Positions 24,485 through 34,257 are shown, numbered from the stretch's first letter. The stretch: DNA of 35,368 nt from a virus (IMGVR_UViG_3300035038_000021:1-35368), one strand, 5' to 3'. The notes: generated by a model not told the origin, from the sequence alone. Numbers and translations: made by a program.

Positions 24485-24861
24485 TGTATTTCCCCCTCGT
24501 CTTGTACATTATATGTATCCCACAAAGATAGAGCAATTTTGCGGACAACATTATCCATAATATCTTTTCGTGCTTCCTCCTCGGGCAAGCATTCAAAAGG
24601 AATCATATCAGGGTGTGTTTTTTTCACAAGGTCTTTTGTAGTTCCATATTTCCATCCGTCTGCAATTTTTTTCCGCATCCAGTTTTGATGATTTTCCTCA
24701 GGTGTTGCCTGAGGGAAATTCATGAAGAAATGTACTCCATCGATAAGGGATTGCATCTGTTCTTTAGAGGGAATTTCGTTATATTCTTGCTTTGTACCTA
24801 TTTGATAGCCCACCCATCCCGCATGGCACATCATGGCTATAAAATATTCCTTAGTTATCAT
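24481..24861 (-). CDS. RyR-domain protein
   Basis: H..WM..KIADGWKYG...KKTHPDMIPFECLPEEEARKD. Confidence 0.8.
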   Translation of the reverse strand: MITKEYFIAMMCHAGWVGYQIGTKQEYNEIPSKEQMQSLIDGVHFFMNFPQATPEENHQNWMRKKIADGWKYGTTKDLVKKTHPDMIPFECLPEEEARKDIMDNVVRKIALSLWDTYNVQDEGEIQ

Positions 24862-26213
24862 ATTTCCTCTCCCTCCACGGCCTCAAGGATGTCCTCGGCT
24901 ACATCTCGCCATATATCCTTCTGCTCTTTCTCGCTCATCTTCTCGGATTGCCGGAGTGTAGGTTTCTCCTCGGTATTCATGAGTTGAGACATGTTAGGGA
25001 GTTGCTGCGGTTCGGGCTGCAGGTCGGCAAGATACTGGCCTTCCAATTCCTCGTCTGCAGGAAGTCCGAGCCATTCTCTGTACTCGTTCGCTTTGATTGC
25101 ATGAGGCATCTGTTTGCCAGCCATAGCCCTCTTGATATTCAATTCAGACCTGTCCACCTCTGGTTGAGGGATGTCTATATCAATGCTATATCCCTCATAG
25201 CCATTTCCATCAAGATACGGCTGCAATAGTTCCTCAAACGCATTCTCAAGCCACTCATGAACTGAACTGACATATCGCAATAGTAGCCCCATCTCACTGG
25301 CAGAACTTCCCCCGATCATAGTGCCATCCTTTGATATCAGGCTGGCAGGACTCCAATAGTCTGCAACTAACTTTGTCAGGAAGTCAAGTGTCTCCAGGGC
25401 AGAACCGCTCTCATTCTGATACGGATCGACTATCTCCATATTGTCCCGGAGAGGCATGGTGACATCCTTGCTGGCATTCTGCAGGAACATCTGCGCATAT
25501 TCTTCATCAGACACATAGCCATTTCCCTGTGCAGCAGGTTGTGGATCATTGATGCGCACCCACGGGACTGGCGCACCTATCCGGTTGACTTTCTGCATCT
25601 GGGAATTGAGAGAGAATTTGATTGCTCCGATGATAGGCAGAATAGGCAGGGATATAGGCCGCCCTGCAACATAAGATGACAAAGGATCCTTCAACATCCA
25701 GATGTTTGTAAGTTCTTTCACCTGCCCATTGTAATCTTCCTGGAAATATCTAACCTTACCATTCCTATCTACACCAATGCCCTCGAGTATATCACCAGCA
25801 ACTACCAAATCTGCTGTGGGAATTGCACCAAAAGATTCAGCAGGTAGATGCCGGAGTTCTTTCAGGATATACTCGTTTTCCTGATATCCCCATATAGGAT
25901 TAAATAGTCCTGCACCAAAATCGAATACACTACCCCATCCCATCTGAATCTTAGCCCACAAATTAACGGACTTTGACAGGCACATCTCACGTAGCCGGGT
26001 GGTTTCATCTTCTGCAGCCTCTCCATTCTCATCATAGACCGTAATTGTGGGAGGATCGGAGAATAAGAGGTTGCGCTGCTCATTTTTAACTTTGTTATAA
26101 AAGTTATTACTGTAGGAATAGTCTGCTATCTTCTCCGCACTCAACTCTGGAGTTGTGTAAGTGCCGGAGTGAGAGACGTAGACCACTCCCTGCTTTGCCG
26201 ATTTGCTTGCCAT
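24858..26213 (-). CDS. Portal protein
   Basis: 451 aa, upstream of gpF-like gene; INEYREWLGL-type C-terminal motif (ANEYREWLGLP). Confidence 0.8.
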   Translation of the reverse strand: MASKSAKQGVVYVSHSGTYTTPELSAEKIADYSYSNNFYNKVKNEQRNLLFSDPPTITVYDENGEAAEDETTRLREMCLSKSVNLWAKIQMGWGSVFDFGAGLFNPIWGYQENEYILKELRHLPAESFGAIPTADLVVAGDILEGIGVDRNGKVRYFQEDYNGQVKELTNIWMLKDPLSSYVAGRPISLPILPIIGAIKFSLNSQMQKVNRIGAPVPWVRINDPQPAAQGNGYVSDEEYAQMFLQNASKDVTMPLRDNMEIVDPYQNESGSALETLDFLTKLVADYWSPASLISKDGTMIGGSSASEMGLLLRYVSSVHEWLENAFEELLQPYLDGNGYEGYSIDIDIPQPEVDRSELNIKRAMAGKQMPHAIKANEYREWLGLPADEELEGQYLADLQPEPQQLPNMSQLMNTEEKPTLRQSEKMSEKEQKDIWRDVAEDILEAVEGEEI

Positions 26214-26245
26214 ATATACACCTATATAATATTGTGTGTCTGTTG

Positions 26246-26258
26246 CTATTTATATATT
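26246..26258 (-). promoter_or_regulatory. Putative late promoter motif AATATATAAATAG (portal operon)
   Basis: Exact 13-mer repeat. Confidence 0.6.
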
Positions 26259-26383
26259 GGTTATCTGCCAGATAGCCTTGGCGCAGGGGATACACGTGCA
26301 TATATCCGGTGTTTGCTTCCAGAAATGCACCTATGAAAACTCCTGCTGGCATTCTGGGCATTTGAAATAGTTGCCATCGGTCA

Positions 26384-27037
26384 TCAGTACCACCTCTGCG
26401 AAGTCCTGACGTGCTGTTCCACCCATTGCGCATCGTTCTCATGAATGATATGCGCATTCTCTATGTAATGCCTGTATGCGCCCATCTCCACGCCTACCTG
26501 CTCGGCTATATACTCTTGCAATCTACGGAAGCCGTAAGCATCTGCCGGGAATGCTCCCACAACATCATTGCTTCGCATCATCAGAGTCATATCCAGACTA
26601 TCATCGACTATTCCCAGGTATATTTGGGTAGCACATGGCACTTCCTTGCCCTCGCTGGCTTTCATCATGTCAATAGACTTGTAGATATTCAGAACTGCTC
26701 GTCTTGTATCTGGATTAACTTTTAGTTCTTCAATTGCAATAGGTAGCGCATACTGAGTGCGTATTCTCTGGCCATAGGAATACTCAAACTTCTCCCACAT
26801 ATCCCATGCGGTATCCTCGTCCAGCAGACCTTTAGCGAACTCGTCTCCAAATCGCTTTGTGGTAGGCCCGAATCCAGGATATGTAATGTCCGGCTGCACT
26901 ACCTCGACCACTACGTTGCGTAGTTCGCTGATTGTATTGTCACGCTGGTCTGTGCGCTTCTTACCCTGCCACCAGACAGAGCGGACAAGTGCATCGTAGG
27001 CTGCAGGTATATTGCGTCTGGTTATGAGGGTAGTCAT
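26384..27037 (-). CDS. Thymidylate synthase-family enzyme, possibly a dCMP (hydroxy)methyltransferase
   Basis: TRRAV, catalytic VPC, MRSND and NAHI motifs; FPAD places Asp at the Asn177-equivalent position. Confidence 0.85.
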   Translation of the reverse strand: MTTLITRRNIPAAYDALVRSVWWQGKKRTDQRDNTISELRNVVVEVVQPDITYPGFGPTTKRFGDEFAKGLLDEDTAWDMWEKFEYSYGQRIRTQYALPIAIEELKVNPDTRRAVLNIYKSIDMMKASEGKEVPCATQIYLGIVDDSLDMTLMMRSNDVVGAFPADAYGFRRLQEYIAEQVGVEMGAYRHYIENAHIIHENDAQWVEQHVRTSQRWY

Positions 27038-27528
27038 TTGTTATCCTCCAACAATTCTGGATTTTCGTAAATATTGCCGACAACAGTCAAATATTCAGTT
27101 TTTAATTCTTCATCCTCTTGGTCATATATCGGAATCCAGCGTCTATCATCCGGATGTATCAGTTCAGGGAACATGGGGGTTATACCCGAACATCCATACT
27201 TCTCTTCTACAAAATATAAGAAGGGTTTGATACTACCATTGACTTTTATGCACCCTTCTCTATCTCCATATATTTTTTCAACAATGTCACCCTCATAAAT
27301 TTCCTTACCGTTACTATCGTTCAGTCCGGTGTACTGCCCGATTGTTTCAAGCTTGACTATATGTTTTACAGTACCAACAGCCAATGACTTTGTATTGTCA
27401 TTATCAATAAGCCATGTGTTATGGGGATCTTGTAGTACTCCTGTACCGTACAACATTTTACTGCTAAATTTATAACTCCCGAAATCTTTCGGTGGTTTCG
27501 TCATCGCTCTGAACTTAATTTCTCTCAT
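27034..27528 (-). CDS. YopX-family protein
   Basis: MREIKFRA...QYTGLND.NGKEIYEGDIV...VVGNIYENPELL. Confidence 0.9.
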   Translation of the reverse strand: MREIKFRAMTKPPKDFGSYKFSSKMLYGTGVLQDPHNTWLIDNDNTKSLAVGTVKHIVKLETIGQYTGLNDSNGKEIYEGDIVEKIYGDREGCIKVNGSIKPFLYFVEEKYGCSGITPMFPELIHPDDRRWIPIYDQEDEELKTEYLTVVGNIYENPELLEDNK

Positions 27529-27842
27529 TCAATCATCCCCTTATCCCTGTAGTATCTCTCAACTGCTGCTTGCATCTCATCAGCATCAACCCCCTCTGTA
27601 GTATCACCGTTGGGAAAGTTAATATTGAGCCCACCCTTACCATCTGGAAGAATAGAAACAACATCCCTGGTTGATTCAATGTAGTGGTCCTTTAATCCCT
27701 GTAAGGTATGAATAGTGCCCTGTAATCTTGCTTCTTGCCTTTCGTTTAGGGGTATGTTGATTATTGGGCCACTTACGAACTGCTTTAACTTCTGTGCATC
27801 TGTGATAAAATCATCTATGTCGCTCACGAATTCCTGTATCAT
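27525..27842 (-). CDS. Hypothetical protein
   Basis: Coupled overlaps at both ends. Confidence 0.65.
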   Translation of the reverse strand: MIQEFVSDIDDFITDAQKLKQFVSGPIINIPLNERQEARLQGTIHTLQGLKDHYIESTRDVVSILPDGKGGLNINFPNGDTTEGVDADEMQAAVERYYRDKGMIE

Positions 27843-28006
27843 CTGTGTGTCTCCTTTAGCCTTCTCGAAATTGTACTCTTGTCTATATGATAAGGCAAAA
27901 CAGCAGAGTAATACTCCGCCATTTCTGCCTGTGTATATCCCTCATCCAGCAGGGTTGCCAATCCCTTAATGTCGTGGAGAGGGATCCACTTTTCAGGCCG
28001 TGGCAT
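27839..28006 (-). CDS. 55-aa HTH protein (not in ORF track)
   Basis: Translated by hand: GYTQAEMAEYY...IDKSTISRRL; fills the gap with an ATGA overlap. Confidence 0.6.
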   Translation of the reverse strand: MPRPEKWIPLHDIKGLATLLDEGYTQAEMAEYYSAVLPYHIDKSTISRRLKETHR

Positions 28007-28373
28007 CGTTGCCCTCTATCAACTCTGGATTCTCGTAGATGTTGCCGATTACTTGCACTTCGTTTCTCGAAAAATATCCACCTGGGCAGGAATCTAATGT
28101 GACAAAATCACCGTTGCCTACTTCTACTGCCCATCTTCCACATTCCCATACAACATGTCTGATACACATTGGTTTGTCATGGCGGTTCAATGCTATTTTC
28201 ACAACATCATTCTCGTAAATCTCCTTGCCGTTCTTGTCATACAGTCCAGTGAACTGCATTACATTATCATTATCAAATCTTTGAAGTATATCACCTGCAT
28301 CAAGACCAAATACATCAGTGCTCGAATATTCCATCAGACCTTCATCCCATGCTCTAAACTTAATCTCTCTCAT
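27993..28373 (-). CDS. YopX-family protein (second paralogue)
   Basis: MREIKFRAWD...QFTGLYDKNGKEIYENDVV...VIGNIYENPEL. Confidence 0.9.
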   Translation of the reverse strand: MREIKFRAWDEGLMEYSSTDVFGLDAGDILQRFDNDNVMQFTGLYDKNGKEIYENDVVKIALNRHDKPMCIRHVVWECGRWAVEVGNGDFVTLDSCPGGYFSRNEVQVIGNIYENPELIEGNDATA

Positions 28374-28594
28374 ACAGATACCTCCTTAACATCCAAATAA
28401 TCAACATCTCCGTCAATCATATCCTGTGCAAGTGTAACTACATCAACCGGACAGTCTGCATAATCTCCGCTCTCGTCTGCTGGGCAGTGAGTAGCCCTAC
28501 AAATGGAGCACAGTTGGTCGACAGCGTGGTCGATAGGTCTATCGCCGGGTATATCCGACTGGCTACATCCGGGAGGTAAGTTTGATAGCATCAT
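28370..28594 (-). CDS. Hypothetical Cys-containing protein
   Basis: SNLPPG...IPGD N-terminus; coupled overlaps. Confidence 0.6.
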   Translation of the reverse strand: MMLSNLPPGCSQSDIPGDRPIDHAVDQLCSICRATHCPADESGDYADCPVDVVTLAQDMIDGDVDYLDVKEVSV

Positions 28595-28848
28595 GCTTGC
28601 TCACTCCATCCAATGCCCACCAGCATCTTGCCGAGCAATTCGCCCAGACATGTAATGTCGATTACTTTCCTTGTTATATTGTCCCTGGAATTGCTGCATG
28701 TCAGGTGGATGTAGTCGGGATTCTCCTGCGTGAGTTTGTCGTAATCTTCCAAATCCATCAATCTGACAGTATAGTTCTTACTGTCTCTTTCCTTGCCGAA
28801 ATGATAAGGTGTGCTCTTGAGGAACACACAGTTGTTTTCTACGTGCAT
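28591..28848 (-). CDS. Possible ASCH/PUA-like protein
   Basis: F...E....K.YTVR pattern; weak. Confidence 0.4.
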   Translation of the reverse strand: MHVENNCVFLKSTPYHFGKERDSKNYTVRLMDLEDYDKLTQENPDYIHLTCSNSRDNITRKVIDITCLGELLGKMLVGIGWSEQA

Positions 28849-28866
28849 TTGCCTTAGTCTCCTTTA

Positions 28867-29145
28867 TTATACTACGTTGCCTGTCCTTTTTTCCCATTCT
28901 GAGAGCTGCTTTATGTAATCCTTACTGCTGCCGTGCAACCCATTATTCCAAATATTCAAGTCTCTTGTTAGACTGACTTTTGCATTCCCTTCCTCATCAA
29001 GTATATAATAAAGTCCTGTTTTCCTGTCCTTCATAAACATTATAGAAAATCTGTTTCTTTCAACAATTCCGCCTTCTGTTCTTGCAGGGACTATTTCTAT
29101 ATCTGCTACATTTCCGTAATCTTTCTCGAACATTCTTGAATCCAT
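28867..29145 (-). CDS. Hypothetical protein
   Basis: AGGAG RBS; first gene of the small-ORF cluster. Confidence 0.6.
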   Translation of the reverse strand: MDSRMFEKDYGNVADIEIVPARTEGGIVERNRFSIMFMKDRKTGLYYILDEEGNAKVSLTRDLNIWNNGLHGSSKDYIKQLSEWEKRTGNVV

Positions 29146-29238
29146 GATTTATAACTCCTGCAAGCATCCTTTGCCTGCAATACACACTATGTCGTGCATA
29201 TTATATATAGTTTTGCACATAGACAACGAATAAAAAAG

Positions 29239-30486
29239 TTAGAATATTGGTTTGCTTGCGTTGCCGAAGCCACCATATCGTGCTCTGGCTGCCTGGACTT
29301 TTGGAGATACCCTTTTGGGTGCTTCTGTCTGCATTGAGAATATACCATACCTGCATGCATCGAGGATATGGTCAAAGGCTTTGACGGGTTCATCCAGCAC
29401 GTTGCCGTTCTTGTCCTCTTTGTACTTGTAGTTCTGGACTTCTTTCTGGATGCTGGGACTGCATGTGGCATCGACATGAACCTCGTGCGCCTTGACATAA
29501 TCAATTCCGGCTTTAACATCCTTTTTGGCAGGGTGAGCATTGAATCCAGCATTACATATCTCTTCAATACGGTCAGGTTCGGCAGAATCACAAAATATAG
29601 TTGTCTGTCTACCCATACTCTCTTTTTGCATCCAGCGAATCAGATCACCGTTTGTCATTCCACTTTCGTATAACCGTTCACGCAAATAGAATCTATCCTC
29701 ATGACACCATACCTCAACCACAGCCATAGGCGCATTATAACCAAAATCAATCCCAATTGCATGACTGCCATTCTCAAATATGGAATGTCTCCAGTTCTTT
29801 GGATCCTCAAATTTGAAGTGGTTGTATATCTTGTTCTGCAGGACTCCCGGTTCTCCCAATGCATAGATGCGATAGAAGTTCTCATCTACATCCATCAAAT
29901 GCTTAATTTCATTGACGTAAGAGTCCGGCAAGAACTTGTTATTTTTGAAAGTGGAGTGACATATAGCCATCTCGTTGGCCGGCTGGTTTACGAGATCGGT
30001 TATGATCCAGTGATATGCATCAACCGGATTAAATGTGAGATATATCTTATTTTCCTCGGTTGGATTGGATGCACGCAATCGCAGATTGATCTGCATGAAA
30101 TCTTCTTTGCTTATGTCGGTTGCTTCCTCTACCCAGACATAGTTAAGAGAAAGAGATTTTATTTTCTCGGAATCATCCAGGGATTTAAACAGTATTTCAT
30201 TTCCGTTAAAGGTAACTTTCATTTCACTTTTGTTATGCCTATATGGAATATTCATCTCATTAAGCGTATCCATAATCATCTGATAGGCCGTGATACGCAG
30301 AGACGGCAGGGTTTTCCTTGTGACAAGTATCTTTACCCCCTTCCCCTGAATGAATTTAAGGCATATCTCCTGTGCAGTAGCCACAGATTTACCCGATCCA
30401 GCCCCCCCATATATAACAAGGATACGTTTTTTGAGATGGTTTTTAAAAAAAGTAGAGAAATGTTTAATCCTCTTCACGGTCTCCAT
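29239..30486 (-). CDS. terL: Terminase large subunit (PBSX/Terminase_3 type)
   Basis: GGAGSGKS, WVEEA, TFNP, IDFGY and DHILDACRY. Confidence 0.95.
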   Translation of the reverse strand: METVKRIKHFSTFFKNHLKKRILVIYGGAGSGKSVATAQEICLKFIQGKGVKILVTRKTLPSLRITAYQMIMDTLNEMNIPYRHNKSEMKVTFNGNEILFKSLDDSEKIKSLSLNYVWVEEATDISKEDFMQINLRLRASNPTEENKIYLTFNPVDAYHWIITDLVNQPANEMAICHSTFKNNKFLPDSYVNEIKHLMDVDENFYRIYALGEPGVLQNKIYNHFKFEDPKNWRHSIFENGSHAIGIDFGYNAPMAVVEVWCHEDRFYLRERLYESGMTNGDLIRWMQKESMGRQTTIFCDSAEPDRIEEICNAGFNAHPAKKDVKAGIDYVKAHEVHVDATCSPSIQKEVQNYKYKEDKNGNVLDEPVKAFDHILDACRYGIFSMQTEAPKRVSPKVQAARARYGGFGNASKPIF

Positions 30487-30916
30487 CCACCTCCTCGACC
30501 TGCACGGTTATTCCTCCGGAGTGTTTATTGTTCATGTCGATTGCATCCTTTCTGCCGAATTCTGCAGGATATCTACGCTCCAGTATCCATGCGGATGCCT
30601 GCCATGCACCTTCCTTGCTGGCCTTGGTAATCATTGCAAGGTTGTTGCGCATCCCTTTTGCTTCTGCTTCTTTTATAGCCTCCACAAAATCCACGTATTT
30701 CTGTTCATTTTTTCTAACAGTTGCTTTAGGATTTGCAGAAACCCGCTCGATTTCATCTTCGCCTCGTATCATCCAGTTGCGATACGTAGAATAACCTATT
30801 CCTGCGGCTGCACAAGATTGTCTATACGGCATCCCCAGAGTGATATTGTCGCATAGCATCCTAACTACATCTGGGCTCAACTTTGTTGGCTGTCCTGGAC
30901 CTTCTCTTTTTGGCAT
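30464..30916 (-). CDS. terS: Terminase small subunit (start refined to MPKREG)
   Basis: G.PTKL...HTH...WQASAWILERR; immediately upstream of terL. Confidence 0.75.
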   Translation of the reverse strand: MPKREGPGQPTKLSPDVVRMLCDNITLGMPYRQSCAAAGIGYSTYRNWMIRGEDEIERVSANPKATVRKNEQKYVDFVEAIKEAEAKGMRNNLAMITKASKEGAWQASAWILERRYPAEFGRKDAIDMNNKHSGGITVQVEEVDGDREED

Positions 30917-30917
30917 A

Positions 30918-32132
30918 TTATTCACCTTCCCATGTATATTTATCACCGTTGCGTATTATTTCATTATCGCCTGTGAAATTTACATATCTCTGAATTATTA
31001 CGTCACAGTATTTGGGATTAAGTTCCATCGAATAGTTAGTTCGGCCTGTTTGTTCGCATGCCATCATAGTACTTCCCGAACCTCCGAATAGGTCGAGTAC
31101 AAAGTCTCCTTTCCGAGAACTATTCTGCAATGGATACGCCACAAGTTCGATAGGTTTCATCGTAGGATGATCCTGACTGGAAGTAGGGCGATTGAACTCC
31201 CACACCGTGGTCTGCTTCCTGTCAGAATACCAATTGTGGCCTGCGGTGGGCTTCCACCCGACCAATACCGGTTCATGCTGCCAGTGGTAATCCTGCCTAC
31301 CCATTACCATTGAATTTTTTACCCAGATACAGCACTGGGCTAATTTGTACCCCGAATCGATCATGGCTTTTCGGAAATTGATGCCTTCTGTGTCTGCATG
31401 GAATACGTATATACCAGCACCATCATTCGAAAATTCATATAGATTAGAATATACTTTTAATAAAAATTTATAGAAATCCTCGTTACTCATTTCGTCATTC
31501 TCAATAGTCAACCCATCCGCTGTTTTCCCCACATAGGATACATTATAAGGTGGATCGGTTATAACCAGATTGCATAGTGCTCCATCCATCAAATTGCTCA
31601 CGTCTGCCGTGTCTGTGGAATCTCCACACATAAGCCTATGATTACCCAGTTGCCAGATATCCCCTATATGTGTGATTGGTTCATTTTCCTCATCTGCCTC
31701 CGGAGGTTCATCTTCAACAATGTCCTCCTGCATTCCTGCTTCAATTCCGGATAGCAGTTCGTCTATTTCATCTTCGCTGAATCCAATCGCAGTATATAGC
31801 CCTGAATCTATCTCTTGCAAAAGTGATGCCAACTGCTCGTCATCCTGCTCGGCTATTTCCGCAAGCCTATTGTCTGCAATTACGTAAGCCACGGCCTTTT
31901 CATACGGCAGCCCGATATTAATTACAGGAACTTTCTCAAATCCGAGTTGTTTCGCTGCTTCATATCTCCCATGTCCTGCCACTATCATGTTATCTTCGCT
32001 TGTCAGGATAGGATTAGTCCATCCGAACTCCTGCATAGATGCTTTTATTCGCTCAAGTTGCGATTCCGGATGTTTTTTCGGATTTCGGGAGAATGGTTCT
32101 AAATCTCCGAGTGTCAGATATTCAACTTCCAT
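30918..32132 (-). CDS. ParB/Srx N-terminal domain fused to amino (N6-A/N4-C) DNA methyltransferase
   Basis: NPKKH...FGWTNPIL...AGHGR; motif IV DPPY; motif I LDLFGGSGS; typical location upstream of terS. Confidence 0.9.
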   Translation of the reverse strand: MEVEYLTLGDLEPFSRNPKKHPESQLERIKASMQEFGWTNPILTSEDNMIVAGHGRYEAAKQLGFEKVPVINIGLPYEKAVAYVIADNRLAEIAEQDDEQLASLLQEIDSGLYTAIGFSEDEIDELLSGIEAGMQEDIVEDEPPEADEENEPITHIGDIWQLGNHRLMCGDSTDTADVSNLMDGALCNLVITDPPYNVSYVGKTADGLTIENDEMSNEDFYKFLLKVYSNLYEFSNDGAGIYVFHADTEGINFRKAMIDSGYKLAQCCIWVKNSMVMGRQDYHWQHEPVLVGWKPTAGHNWYSDRKQTTVWEFNRPTSSQDHPTMKPIELVAYPLQNSSRKGDFVLDLFGGSGSTMMACEQTGRTNYSMELNPKYCDVIIQRYVNFTGDNEIIRNGDKYTWEGE

Positions 32133-32160
32133 GTGTGTTTTGCCTCCAAAAAAATAAAAA

Positions 32161-34257
32161 TTAATTGACTGCTACAAAGCAGCCGCCATTTTGCCTCATA
32201 ATGTCTCCTGTTCGTGCCATCTTGTGCAGCACTCTCTCGACTATATCCTGGGCTATGCCTGTGCCCTGGGCAATATCAAGAGCATTCACGGCAGTACCCA
32301 TGTCAACTATATATTCGTGGATTGTATGTATATAGTTTCTGTCCTGCGAGGATATTCCAGCTTCGATGTAGTCTATACCATACCCTCCATTATCCTGAAT
32401 GACGCCCAGATTGCGCATACAGCCGTCAAGCAGGTCTATTGCGACCTGTGCATCGTGCTGCTCTACGTAATGACTCAGACGCATTCTTGCGCTTGCCTGT
32501 GCCATCCTCACGAGGCCTTCGAGATACCTCGCATTCAAGGATATGGTGTCTTTGCCCTGATTCCTAATTCCAAGATAATAATTTTTGATTAATTTCAGGG
32601 AATCTTCGGTCATATCTGGATGCACATTACTTTTTGCATACGCCACATACTTGCGAAGGAGGGGGATATCTATTGCAGGAGTGGACATATCTTCGAACTC
32701 ACTTGTATGCATCCGCAAGATGTGGTCGCATACGGCCTCGTCTTTCTCTGCATCCGGAGTATCCTGCATAATAAATATCAGGTCAAATCGTGAGATGAGC
32801 GCAGGCTGCATGTTTATTTGGTCGGATATTGCCTCGTTCGGATCAAACCTCCCGAATTTAGGATTAGCTGCACCGAGCAAAGCGCATCGTGTGCGCAGAC
32901 TTGTATTAATTCCGGCCTTGTGGATGTGGAGTGTTTGCTGTTCCATGGCCTCGTGGAGAGCACTCCTGTCTTCATCATTCATCTTGTCGAGTTCATCCAC
33001 GGCACACACTCCACCGTCAGCCAGTACCATTGCACCACCCTCTACAGTCCATCTGTCCGAATCCAGCCCGTCTTTCACGGCAGCTGCGGTCAATCCTACG
33101 CCAGAGGTAGATTTACCTGACGCATACACTCCCCTGGGGGATATCTCCGCGAGGTTGCGAACCATCTGTGATTTGGCTACGCCAGGATCGCCTACTGTCA
33201 GGATGTGGATATCACCTCTCAACTTTGTGCCATCAGTATTTGACTGGCTGACTCCGGAGAATAGTTGCAGAGCCATTGCCATTTTGATGTTATCATATCC
33301 ATACACAGATGGTGCTATACTACCCACGATTTGCTCTTTCAAATCTTCCCGGGCAGATAATCGCATTATTTCCTCGTATTCCTCGTCAGATATTTCGAGT
33401 GATTCGTAGGAATTGTCATCCACCTCGATATTAATTGCATCAATTACGTAGTTGTATGTCGTGGATTTGCCGTCACGGTTGCTGCGTTCATTCTCAATCT
33501 CCAGAATGCCTGTAACCACAATCTGCTCACCTGTAGGCACATTAGCATCACATAGGTCGTCATATACCCGGATGACTATGTTGCGTGGCTGTTGCCCTGT
33601 CAGGCTGTCCGGAGATTCCTGTATCTCCAACAATTGAAAATCTGTATATGTTGATTTGTCGTAGAGCATCTTGAATGGGCCTCGTTTCCCACATGACTCA
33701 TCCTCACATTCTCCCGGCTCGACCATTTTTTGGTCTGGTTGCGGTACATAATTGAGGTGCTCGCAGCGCATACATTGGAACACTGCCTCCATCAGTTTTG
33801 GTTTGACAGATGTAGCCCGGCGAACTATACCCTCGATGGATACCATTTTGCAGATTTGGTCTTGTGTGATGTCCCTTATTCGATTTCTTTCAGGATATCC
33901 TCGCAGCCGGATATGGATGACGTTTTCGGGATTGCGCATGTCCTTTTCCGGAGCAAAAGCCAGGAATTCATTGCTTGCTAATTCCCGGACTGCCGTCTCT
34001 GCAATCTTCAAAAACTCTTTAGGGTTATCTGCTATCCAGATGCCTACACCATGTCCGATGTTGGCTTCCAGATGGTTCTCCAGCGTGACATAATCAATTA
34101 TCAGACTGGTAGATTCAGGATAGTTCTGCAAAAAATGCGCTGTCTTGTCGTGCCAGATACCTTTTATGTGTGTGCCCTTTCGGGATCCTTGTTTCCTTTC
34201 GTAGTGTCCGTATAAGAATTTCTTTATGCCTTCGGCTATATCTTCTTCTCGATGCAT
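32161..34257 (-). CDS. mcm: Archaeal MCM replicative helicase
   Basis: Zn finger CMRC...CEDESC, Walker A GDPGVAKS, Walker B DELDKM, SRFD arginine finger, C-terminal winged helix; no intein-sized insert. Confidence 0.95.
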   Translation of the reverse strand: MHREEDIAEGIKKFLYGHYERKQGSRKGTHIKGIWHDKTAHFLQNYPESTSLIIDYVTLENHLEANIGHGVGIWIADNPKEFLKIAETAVRELASNEFLAFAPEKDMRNPENVIHIRLRGYPERNRIRDITQDQICKMVSIEGIVRRATSVKPKLMEAVFQCMRCEHLNYVPQPDQKMVEPGECEDESCGKRGPFKMLYDKSTYTDFQLLEIQESPDSLTGQQPRNIVIRVYDDLCDANVPTGEQIVVTGILEIENERSNRDGKSTTYNYVIDAINIEVDDNSYESLEISDEEYEEIMRLSAREDLKEQIVGSIAPSVYGYDNIKMAMALQLFSGVSQSNTDGTKLRGDIHILTVGDPGVAKSQMVRNLAEISPRGVYASGKSTSGVGLTAAAVKDGLDSDRWTVEGGAMVLADGGVCAVDELDKMNDEDRSALHEAMEQQTLHIHKAGINTSLRTRCALLGAANPKFGRFDPNEAISDQINMQPALISRFDLIFIMQDTPDAEKDEAVCDHILRMHTSEFEDMSTPAIDIPLLRKYVAYAKSNVHPDMTEDSLKLIKNYYLGIRNQGKDTISLNARYLEGLVRMAQASARMRLSHYVEQHDAQVAIDLLDGCMRNLGVIQDNGGYGIDYIEAGISSQDRNYIHTIHEYIVDMGTAVNALDIAQGTGIAQDIVERVLHKMARTGDIMRQNGGCFVAVN

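Noticed and set aside
24369-24596. 75-aa ORF-track ORF between the RyR gene and gpF
   Set aside because: Overlaps the RyR gene by over 100 nt; the 24329-24484 frame fits the coupling pattern better.
26107-26457. 116-aa minus-strand ORF
   Set aside because: Overlaps both TS and portal and crosses the portal promoter motif.
29701-30856. Long plus-strand ORFs (309 aa, 168 aa) opposite the terminase genes
   Set aside because: Antisense shadows of well-supported terL and terS; no motifs or RBS.
32585-33409. 274-aa plus-strand ORF
   Set aside because: Antisense shadow of mcm.
29239-34257. Inteins or introns in terL and mcm
   Set aside because: Lengths are normal and motifs contiguous, with no intein terminal motifs.
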